Below, in pieces: positions 14,367 to 26,379 of a stretch of DNA of 64,000 nt. The stretch spans positions 92,469 to 156,468 of the forward strand of contig NW_027192211.1 in assembly GCF_041956535.1 (NCBI RefSeq), written 5' to 3'. The notes under the pieces are model-generated. The model was not told the DNA's origin. It saw only the letters and a program-made list of their open reading frames with translations, and did not search any database. Origin of the DNA: Calcarisporiella thermophila CBS 279.70. Lineage: Eukaryota > Fungi > Calcarisporiellomycota. The position numbers and the translations under genes were made by a program. Every line of letters begins with the position of its first letter. Position 1 is the first letter of the stretch.

Positions 14367-14843
14367 TGCGCTCGAGGGCCTTTATTTATGCCGTTGAAAT
14401 TTCAGTAGTTCGATTTGTTTTATTTTATTTGTCGGTATTACGATTATATTTACGATTGGAACAGGACGAGAGTGCGTTTATAGTATTGGCATTACCAACA
14501 AAAGATGAGGCTTGAAAATGAAACATAGATAGCGACATCCCAACACTGTTCTTCCGCAGCTGTATCCTAAAATATTTGGTAGTATTTGACTTTTTTCCCT
14601 AGCCATCTTCCATTGTCAAACATTATAAATATAGTGTATATCTTTCGACTGCGCCTATGGCATAGTGTAAACTAATATAACGTAATATAAGTGTTCTCTC
14701 AACTCTTCTTTAAATCATCAAATAAATCTAGAGAAATATATTTTACTATGTCTAATATTTCCATCAACTATGGTTTTTTGGTAAAGAATCGTATCGGAGT
14801 TTCAAATGTTTGAAATGAAAAGCGTTCATCGATACTCTTTGAA

Positions 14844-15858
<1,015 letters not shown>

Positions 15859-16034
15859 TTTCGTTTCAAAGTTTTGTTTTAATTATTACTTGTTTTTTCT
15901 CTATTTCCTTTTTCTATATAAATCTTTTTTGCAAATAGTTTCATATTTCCGTTGAACAACCAAGTTTTGAAAAGTCTAAAATACGATATATTTTAGAAGA
16001 AGGGTTCACTATGTATATTACAGTCAAAATATGT

Positions 16035-17739
16035 CTAAGAAGTCTCTCCCTTCTCCGCATCCTGCTCCAACCACTTGGCAAATTTCTCCAACCGTTCACT
16101 CTCTTCCTCCTCCTCATTAGCATCTTTCATTCCGCTGCGTAGATATCTCGTTTTGCCGTCGTAAATTTCGGCTGTAATCTGGCGACCAGCGAAATAGCGA
16201 CCATTCATAAGCTAATAGTGAAAAAAAAAATAATTACATGAATATTTGAAGACGATCTGAAGTGTACAAGTATTAACAAGCATTACCTCGACACATGCTA
16301 AAGCACCTTCTTTTTCTTTATATCTCACCGATATTATCCCGCCTGGAGATTTCTAAGTTTATCCATATATGAAAGCTAGTTCATCTAAAGAGAATTGCAA
16401 GGAGCTTACGTCGTAAAGGATAACATTAGTAACTTCTCCCAATTTCTCGCATTCTTCTCGTACATCTTCCTTCAAGTCCAACATTAAAGAAGGATCTTTC
16501 TATATATAGTAGGCAGGTTGTTTACTGGTGTTGACTCTTGGCTTCAAGTTAGAAATACAATCTACCTCGATCTCTTCCATACTGAACATGTTTTTCAGCA
16601 CTACAATCTTTGCAAATCGCTCAGCTCTTTTCCCGCCTCCTTCTTCAAACCAGTCCAGCTTTCTAAAAATAGACAAGAAAATATATTGGCTTTGGGAATT
16701 TGCAATTAGGTCGAAGTTGATGAAAATAATGTACTTCTCTAATTGCCGCATTCGCTTCTGCTTCTTTTTCTTTTCATCTTTGCTAATATTATTTTTTCCT
16801 GTTGTTTCAGCAGCAGGCTTCGGCTTAAATTCAGCCTAGCTCATAATATTTTAAAAGCAAGAAAGTTTATGATGAAAAGTTTGCCTAATTCACCTGTTGT
16901 ACTCTGATTTTAGTCGCTGGCTGCCCCGGTCTAAGCTCACTCTCATCTAGCAGTGTGATAGCAAGGGATACGGACTCTTCCTTAAAGAATGTCACCAGAC
17001 CGTCGCCTTTAGGTCTTCCCTTGTCATCCTTGTATATTTTGATTTTCTTATCGCCTAGTAATAGAGTGGCATGAACTATGGCCTAGAAGAAAACGTTCTA
17101 CCAAACAATTCTCACCTGTGTTTATATCCTCCATAATAATTCCACATTTCGAGAAAACTTCGGCAATCTCTTCTAGAGTTGCGTCTTCGGGAAGTCCTGT
17201 CACATAGACAGATGTGTTTACTGACTTCTTGGGCTGGTCTGATTTAGCGCGCTTTTCGCGTCCTTTTGCTTCCTAACAGACGCAAGAGTTTAGCTGCATT
17301 TCTTATATTGTTACTTCAACTATATGAATGCACCTTATTATTTGGCTTCCGCTTGCCATGCTGTGTCATAAAACCAGAATTCTCCTAACATATTCAATAT
17401 ATTATATTTATCAAAGTTGTAAATGGAGATACATTGATACACAAAAAGCTCACCTCCTGATCAACTCCTTCCACGCTATATGCAGCCTGTTGTGATTCGA
17501 GTAATTTTTGGTCCAACTAATGGAGGCAATCTTAGTCTGATACCATATTAGCAGCCGAACAAAGAAATACTCACGTATGGGAACCAAGCGCGCTGTTCCT
17601 CGATATAGTCATATATAACACCATCTTCCCCCTCATAAGTCCAGCAGCCTCGTATTTCGTCGTACTTCATTTTTGGATCCGTAGTGGACTCACCGGCCGC
17701 ACCTGGTGGTATATTTGGCATCTTGGTTTGTTGATCCAT
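16035..17739 (-). CDS. CUS2: Tat-SF1/Cus2 (HTATSF1) U2 snRNP-associated RRM protein
   Basis: NTSVYVTGLPEDAT, FSKCGIIMED, KIYKDDKGRPKGDGLVTFFKEESV, KLDWFE, IVVLKNMF, DVREECEKLGEVTNV, MNGRYFAGRQITAEIYDG. Confidence 0.9.
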
Positions 17740-17867
17740 GGATTCTTACATCGGCATAGTACAAAAGTCTAAAGGAGGAATTTTATATAAATTGAGGTCT
17801 GCGCCTCATTTAACTTCGTGACGAGTTCGCCACCATTACTTTGATCACTATCATCGCATAAAAAACA

Positions 17868-19310
17868 ATGCTAGCTGATACGGTCGCTACACCTGCGGAT
17901 CTTGAGAATCGGCTTGCTCACATCACAGCTATAACATCCCAAAAAGAAAAGGCCAGCGAATATCAGTCGCTCCTTTCTCAGTTAGAAGGCGCAACAAGTT
18001 TTAAAATTTTTGTGCAAGCTTTAGTGCATGAGGATGTTGGCCTGGTAGTATCACGGCAAGTTTTGAATGCATTTGCTCAAGAGTTAGAGAGACTACAGTT
18101 GGACGAAAAGCGAGAAGTACTGAATTATTCACTCGAACAATTGCAGCCTCGAGCCGTGTCATTTGAAGAACAGGTTGGATTATTCTCACAATATTTTATT
18201 TTATGGTTTACTTTTCTTTTATATATATGCTTTTGCATTATTTTTTTTTGCCAATAGATATCCGTAATAAGGGAAAAACTTGCTGATGTGTGTGAAATAG
18301 AAGAAGATTGGGCACAAGCTGCGCAGCACCTCCGTGGAATCCCGCTCGATTCTGGACATCGGTAAGTCTCTTTAAAACCAAATCCAATTCAATCGGTCCT
18401 ATTATATTACCGCTCCCTTCATTAGTGCAATTTCAGAAGATTACAAACTTCGTATCTATATGCGTATAGTCCGTTTGCTGCTCGAGGAAGATGATGCGGT
18501 TACCGCAGAAATCTATCTAAATCGAGCCGCACTTTTGATACCTAATTGCACGAATCTAGAAACCAATTTACAATTTAAGTTAGCACAGGCTCGTATTCTC
18601 GATTTCAAGCGTCGCTTCCTTAGGGCAAGCTCCAAGTATCACGAACTTAGCTACGCTACCGAGATAGATGCGGAGGATCGCAATCGTTGTTTGTAAGTTT
18701 TTATATGTAACTCTAGATAACATAAAGTGATTTTGACGCGTGGGCTTTAAATAGATCGGCTGCTGTAGTTTGCGCCTTGTTGGCAGGGGCTGGCCCACAA
18801 CGCTCGCGTATGCTCGCTACTCTATATAAGGATGATCGCACCCATCAGCTCCCGCATTTTGTGATACTTGAAAAAATGTATCTAGATCGCTTGTTACGGC
18901 CTGAGGAAGTGCAAGGTTTCGCTGCAACCCTGCAACCACACCAACTCGCCCGCCTTGCGGACGACACTACCGTCATGGATCGTGCGGTGATAGAACATAA
19001 TGTACTCTCTGCTTCAAAAATATACAACAACATAACCTTTGAGGAGCTGGGCACCCTTCTAGGGACAACACCCGATCGCGCCGAAAATGTTGCTAGCCGT
19101 ATGATCAGTGAAGGACGGATGCAAGGCACTGTAGACCAAATAGACAGGCTGATTTTCTTTGAAAGTGGTGGAGGCGGAGAGATGCGGGCACAGCCGATAA
19201 CATATAAATGGGATCAGGCAATACAAAATCTATGTCATCATGTAGAAGAGACAATTACGCTGATTGTTTCGAAATACCCTAAGTTTGTAGAGAGTAAGGC
19301 TGTCAATTAA
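17868..19310 (+). CDS. CSN4: COP9 signalosome subunit 4, 4 exons
   Basis: [56 protein letters not shown], and PCI domain [23 protein letters not shown]. Confidence 0.96.
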
Positions 19311-19481
19311 TCATCTTATTCATGTATAATTGTACTCGGTATTTGAAAAAGAGCATTATCATCTTTATTCGTGATTTATTTACAATCAAATTGAAATGGA
19401 GACATAAGATATATTATTATATATTTGAAAAATCCAAAAAGATAAATTCAAACCGTTATATATTATACAATGCAATCGGAT

Positions 19482-21041
19482 CTAACTCCATTGCGTCATG
19501 ATGTTGAGGAGAGGTTTACCGTTCTCTTTGCGCCGCTTTCTCTCATTCGAAATTTGTGCTGTGAAACTCGAGGATTTAGAGCAATCTGGTGAACCGGCAA
19601 CAAACAGGGATGCTTCACTACACATGTTTTTATCCAAAATTCCCAGGAGCCCCGAGTCCTCTTCGGCATATTCCATCTCCTCTTCACCCAACATTTCCTT
19701 CCGTAGCGTCATCCACGACGTCACGTCCACGTGCGCTCTTAGTCGCCTTACCGCTTCGTGGTGGTCCGCCTGCACTTCATGCTGTTTCCAGGTGGTAGAA
19801 TGCATCCGACCCTCGAGAGGATAGTCGGTAGCCAGATAAACAGTGGAGACATTGTGCTGCTGTTGGAGTTGATGCAATAGATCGGTGAGCCTTTGAGCAC
19901 ACTTGGGTAGGCCTCGAGAATTAACGGTTTCCATTCCTAAATGCAGAGTAAATTAAAATCGGCTCCAATTTATGTCGCTGAGACCTATGCACTTACTCCA
20001 GTGAACCGCAATAAACGGTTTGATAGATTCGGCGATTTTGGATGCTTTCTCGAACCATCGGGGATTGTATCGCAGCCCTTCTGAGGCAGAAAGAAAAGGC
20101 AATCTGACATTGTGCCGCACAAGTAAAACATCCACATCAAGATTGGAAACCTTGTCCACAACCAAGCGTTCGGTATCTTCAAGCTTCAGCTTGGTCCGCG
20201 AATTCTTGGAATCCGGCACCATGACGCTAGCTGAAGTCCTTAATCTCAAATTCATTCCACCAATGCAATCTTCCTTTGCCAAATCAGCTGACTCGTCTAA
20301 TTTTCTTCGTTTCCAGCGTTTTTTCCGATCGAGTGTTACGAATTGGGCCGTTGGATTGCGCAACTTTGCCCACTGCTCGAATTCGGCCTGCGTTACAAAA
20401 GGAAATGAGAGTGTGGTATTGTCATAGTAATGGGAGAAAGGAAAGCGCCGGCATGCTCCAAGTCGACCCGATCCCGCATTCGGGAGCACCACGGTGCGAT
20501 TCAATCGGATGGCCAGGGTTGCCAGTTGCTGGAAATGGATGCGAGCTTTGGATTCTTGTTCGCCTATGCGAGTTGGAAATAGAAAGCGGCAAGGCGAGTA
20601 GCCGCACAGGGCACGGTCAACCTCGTAGGAGTTCTCGGGAGGAGCACGGCTGTGAGAGGAGGATATGGAAATATGAAGGGTTCGCAACAGGAGGATATAG
20701 CAAAAAGTGGCGATAAGGACGGCTGTGAGCAGGAGCCAGTGAAAGCGGCGTGACAAGGACAGACGTGAGGGAAACGAGAATACACTGTTTGAGACCTCGC
20801 ATTTCTCCCGGGTAAGAAGGGGTGTTATATCGGTAGAAAGAGGGTGGCCTTCATAAGAGGCCTTCAGAGGAAGTTCCGGGGCAACAGTCTTTGTTGTTGG
20901 GGAGAAGCAGTCGACTTCGGATTCAGGGCAAGATTCAAGAGTCGAGGAAATACGCCGACGGTGGCCTCTTGGTTGCGTAGGGGGTTGCAGTGAGACGGTC
21001 GACGTCCCACTGAGCGGTGTAGTGCGTACTAGAGATGGCAT
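19482..21041 (-). CDS. Type II membrane O-fucosyltransferase-like (GT-B) protein, 2 exons
   Basis: One N-proximal TM helix; GEQESKA..H, LNRTVVLPN, FIAVHW|RMET, VYLATDYP, GILDK, CSKSSSFT, typical of O-FucT-like folds. Intron about 19938-19996. Confidence 0.7.
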
Positions 21042-21391
21042 AACTTATAGAGATGGATAGGCATATTTCAAGAGATATGAGAGATCTTCTGAAGAACTGT
21101 AGGAAAGGAGAAAGGAAGATTTGGAAAAAAGAGAATTTCTCCGCTGATTTGCTTGGACTAATTGGCGTTAATATAATTGGCAAGGGTTTTAGAGTTTTAC
21201 GTTGGATAGAAAAATCGGTTACAGTGGTTGATCCATTCCGTGTAACCGCGTTCGGCAATTTTTATTCATCTGAAACATGCACCATAGGCACTGTGCCTGC
21301 ATCTGAAATATAATGCACGGTTATCTTTTATTCTAAGGGAAACTATAGGACGTATTCGTTAGTGATATTTCAATATCCTCTGGATATCTGA

Positions 21392-24261
21392 TTACAGGTG
21401 CCCATCGTCCACACGCTCAGGGAAGCTATGGGCAACTACACCTAGGTGCAGGATACGGCTGCCAGATTGACATACTATCAGTTTCACATCAAATGGAGTT
21501 AGTTAGCTCGTATCATATTTTTGACATGAATCCGAAGCGTGATTGAGCCACATTTATTGAAAAGAAGGAATGATTTACCTGGATCCACACTCTTTCCAAC
21601 CACAACACCATCCTCAGGAGCATAGTATGTCTTCTCCAGCTTCCCAAAAATCGAGTGCAGTGTCGCGATGGGGTCGCCCTTCTTAAGCCACGTATAGATA
21701 TCGGGTATTACTAAAGGGGGAAAAGTGGATAGACCTCTGAGTTTACAGAATCTGTACGGAGAATGGAGAAACTTTAAGTTTTACCATTAAGAACACCCCC
21801 ACCATCCGCAAAGATCCAGTAGCTTTTTGAACATATTACAGGGTCAAACTCTGGCAAGTCATGGTCATCAGGTATCATTTTTAGGTGGGATAAGATATTC
21901 GTTACGCCTAGAAGTGCATTACGCACAAATCGTTTCTGTAGGAATGAAAGGGTTAAGTGAAAAGATGAAACAGAGTCTGAAGCAAAAATAAAATACTTGA
22001 AAACGGGAGGGGTCTCCGATTTCCACCGTGATCGCAGGAATACCCCTCTCCATCGCCGCACCTCGCAGCGAACCGTCAGGGCTGGTATTGTGTACAATAA
22101 TTTGTGGGTGTTGTAGGCGCGCCATGCGACGAGTTCGAGGATTCGTCATATCCGCGCGGCAGTAGAGAGAGTTTACACGTCCTTTTGAAGCCTAGACCCA
22201 ACATATTATATAAACAAAGAGAGTTTTCACGGAAAAAAATTGGACCATACTGTATGCAAATCAAGTAAGTATTCAAACTTTGATATGACCCTCTCCATTA
22301 ACTGGTAGGCGTATACTTGTGAAGTTGACCCGTTCTTCTTCCCAGGCATCAGACGATTTAAATCCTGCCCATCGCTAAATGTGCGAATTCCGGCAAGATA
22401 TCCCGGAACATTTGCTACTGGTACAGCAACGACGATGCCATGCAGAGACGAACATTTGATATCCTGAGATAGGAGTCGATGTATTAAAGGAATACCATTC
22501 AGTTCGTTGCCGTGAAGGGCTGCAGTTCTATATAGGTCAAAGGCTAACTGAGTATGCTTTCAACTAATATCAAAACAAGGAAAATATCTACAGCCCAACA
22601 ACTGGCCCTGGCTTATTTCCTTTCGCCACAATAACTGGGATCTTGATATGAGCACTTAATCCATCCGACGCAAGTGCGACCCAAACACGCGATATTTTGC
22701 CCATGGGCAACGCATCCAAGTCTAGGTCAGTGATGGTGGGAACATCACTCTCTATTAAGCTAAGTGAGCAGTCATGATCGGTCGGAGAGGAAAGCGGAAC
22801 CCTTTTGCGCCATATCTTAAAGAAAAAGATAAAATATAGGTTGGTGAATGCAATTAACGCAATAGAATGTATACAATGTTATGTAAACCTGTCGGGCTCG
22901 GTGCAGAAGATTTTCATCCCTTTCACTCTTCACAAATTTGCAGGCTGTAACTAGCGCCCACAGCTCCTTTCCAACGGGGCTCCAAGCAATGCTGCGATTG
23001 AGAGAGGAATTCGATACCATGACACTCCCATCAGGAGTGATGCTCAGTAGGGCGCTTGTCCCGTTCAGCACACCATTGACCACAGTGGGATGAGCTTGAA
23101 AGTGCTTGTCGTATTTCTTAAGGATTTTTTGAAATCCGGTTATATTGATCTTGGTATATTCTAAATGAAAATAAATTTAAATTAAGTTATAGTTTTGCGC
23201 CCCGAGTGAAAGTTCACTTGACAATGGTTCGCACCAACTAAGTCTTCAAGCATATGCAGTAATGCCGTCATCTCTTCACGCCATACTCGTATTTCAGATT
23301 CTCCCCAATCTGGACGCCACTATTTTTAAATAGAGGGGGGGGGGGGCGCACATCAAATACCATAAAAAATAATATAAAAAAAATAACACACGAACAGACG
23401 CGATATCGCGAGAGTTTCGAGCGGTCAATACGTCAAAATACGATAATAGACAAATCCTTTCACCAAATGTATAGGGAAACAAGGAATATCTAGCCATGCC
23501 CCAATTCTACACCCCAATTCTACTTCACCTGTTATATTAATTGCTCTAGTTTATGTTAGAAAAGGCTTGTATTGAATACAAAACCAAAAGGTGGTGTTAT
23601 TTGCAAGACTAGCAGAAAGCAAGTGTAAAATTAAACAGCTCGTTTTTAAAGTAGGACGGCGAAGAATGTCAATTTACAATCGGAAGTGCATAAGTGATAA
23701 GCCAATACAAGTTTTTGCTACAAACTTGATGTATATAGCTTGTATAGCAGACATCCATTCCGGAGCTAACACCAACTTATGCAAGGTGTTAACCTGTGGT
23801 GTCTAATAAAAGAGAACTTACCCAGCAAAATTTTCATTCCATAAATCTCACCCAGGAGGCCAAACAATGGTATGGGATAAGTAGAAGTTGGGGTGAAGAA
23901 AAGGGGCCATGTCCAAGAGTAAATCAAGTATTGAGAAACACTCGAAACTTACCTTAAGGTTTAATGCCTCAAGATGCTCTGCTCCCGCATTGGACCTCAC
24001 ATCGTATATGCCTTCCACACGAGATAGCTCAGCCTCAAGAAGTTCACGGAAACGTTTATTAACCTTGTTAAGAATGGCGGGATCATTGTTGTTTTCTATG
24101 TAAAATAAAGATATACAGTGAGTTTACGTAGCCAAATTTAGAAAGGGCACAGAGGTATTACCATGATACTCGTCGAATCCAACTCGAATGGCATGCTTGA
24201 GTCCTTTGTAGTCGAGAGCGTCTGGAATACCGCGAAGACAGAGTTGTTTAGCAAATTTCAT
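21392..24261 (-). CDS. SPX domain fused to an AstE/AspA (succinylglutamate desuccinylase/aspartoacylase, peptidase M14) zinc hydrolase; about 560 aa, 10 exons
   Basis: N-terminal MKFAKQL...DYKGLK...ELSRVEGIY...YTKINITGFQKILKKYDK (SPX). Then TAALHGNELNG, DLNR, LLDLHT, TVEIG (M14 Zn ligands and catalytic Glu), and a C-terminal lipoyl-like GGVL...KGDPIA..APEDGVVVG segment. The splice junctions I checked are GT-AG and phase-consistent. Confidence 0.85.
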
Positions 24262-25140
24262 TTTGGGTTTTAAGAGTGAAGTTCAAAAAGCTCTATATCT
24301 TTAGTTGAGTATAGCGATAATGCTGGATATCTTATGAATCTAGCATATAACAAAGGAAGAAAAATGGGTTTCGAAGCTGAATATGAAAGAAAATTAATAG
24401 GGGGTCGTTCATCGATTTTATCGGACCACTACCTCACGTTAGATCTTGAATTTTGATTGGTTATGCTATACTGTAATTGTACATGTAGAATGACAAAACA
24501 TTCTCTCAATACAAACTTGAGACTCTCCCGCAGAAAACAATAAGAGTTACTTTGCACAGGCCTGTTTTCAACGATCCCCAATATATTAAAATGATTCCAG
24601 ATGGTAATCAGAATTTGATGTGATGACTTGGTCCCTCTTATCCAACAGCCCCTTCTATTATTACTCACAAATTCATAATCTTTTGTTTTTCTTTATAGCA
24701 CCAAACAATACGCCTCCTGTTTTCCCGCTCGATTGCTAAAACAGACAAAAAGCACTCCTTCTCCTTCTTATGGACTCCCAACTTTCATCTGTTTATTGGA
24801 TTATCTTTACGAATTCCAATATTCCAAATATGGCATATTGGTTTATTTAAAAATTACTAAACCATCTGGCGGCGGAATATTCTATGCCGTTTTTTGCAAA
24901 GTCGCAGCCGACAGCTGGCACTGCGTATAGGACTTCAAATTCAATTGATATGGAGTCGCACTGTTTACGTTTGCCATAATATAGGCATCCAACGCCAACA
25001 ACATAAAAGTCTCCCGTATTTATCTAATTATTTTCCGAATGCTCCACCATCACTATATGGGAATACGCCTATCATATGCATAATATCAGTTAAGTGTTTG
25101 TAAAATGGGCCTTTTCAGGGAGCCATCAGCGTGTAGGAGT

Positions 25141-26243
25141 CTAACCATCTTCAAAATACCCCACTCGCAATCGCCACGCACTGATCTCACTTTTAAGCTT
25201 AGGGCAGGAGTGAACTTGATCAGCACTAAGCGGTAAACCTGTGAATGGATCTGTTGAATATTTCTGCAGGTGTCTCAAAAGGGTCGAGCGATCAATGATC
25301 TTCCCACTAGGTAATTCAACGGGATCAAGCATAATCTCATCCGTGATCGGATCGAAATAACGGTTGTCTATATCTTTAGAGTCTTTTGAATGAGGTAATG
25401 TGGGAGAAGGGATTGTGTGGTATGGGTGACATAGTCTATATATTTCTTCCTTTTGAGTAGGAGAAAGATAACGGAAGGGTATTCCCCAAAACTCAATGCG
25501 CTTCAGTCCAGGAAACTGCGATCCATAAACTAATATATAATAATACATCATGTTAATATGGAGTAGAATATATGATTACTGTCTCTTACCTCTTAAAATA
25601 CTTATTCTTAAAGAATAGATGGGAGAGGACCTCACGACCCGTGATAATGATATATATGTCGAATCTTCTTCCACCTATATCATAGCAAAATAATTCAAGT
25701 AAACAGCAAGAGAAGGAAAAATCAATTGTGATATGATAATACTAGTGATCCCTGCTTTTTTATCTGTTCAACAACGTCATTCGTCTTCATTTTGGGGTTA
25801 ATCCCACATATACTCTGTTTTGGAAAATACGTGTTTGAATTCCATTCTTACAATTAACTAGTTTTTATACCCTTACATTGCCTCTTGATGCAAATTCTGC
25901 TCTCCCTATATTTTCCCACTCACCTCCTTCACGTGTCTTCCCAGCTAAACCACACACTTGAGCAACATTCTTATTCTGATGAGGAACGAGTAGGATAGCT
26001 GCTATTTCAACAGGGTATCTACGTGCATGATATAACTCAGACTACTGGTGAATAAGAGTCAATGTACTAAAAAAATTACAAAAATGTAAATTCTAGATGG
26101 ATCGGTGGAGTTGCAAATCTTTCCGCTAGATAGCCAGATGAATTGTCTTGTAATAGAGAATTGGGATCATGGCCATCACGAGATGGAGTAGAAGCATTAA
26201 CTTTTACAATGAGTGATAAATTTAATAGGTGTTGGCGATACAT
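25141..26243 (-). CDS. U-box E3 ligase, UBOX5/RNF37-like
   Basis: The N-terminus SRDGHDPNSLL...GYLAERFATPPIHLEFTFLYPVEI resembles the UBOX5 N-domain. C-terminal U-box FDPITDEIMLDPVELPSGKIIDRSTL...DPFTG. Confidence 0.75.
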
Positions 26244-26379
26244 AAGCGATACTAAGGAAATTTTAAATATTCGATAATCTTTATTAAGGCAGTCAATGCA
26301 GGGGGAAGTAATAAAAAAGACTACATTATATTTATACACAAAAATAGGAAAGAAAAATAAACACTAAATTCAACTGCTA

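Noticed and set aside
19498-20802. Multiple overlapping ORFs in the GC-richer O-FucT-like gene
   Set aside because: Off-frame or antisense by-products of higher GC coding sequence.
24435-24440. CACGTT (Pho4-like site) upstream of the SPX-hydrolase gene
   Set aside because: A single hexamer is expected by chance, and Pho4-type regulation is not established for this lineage.
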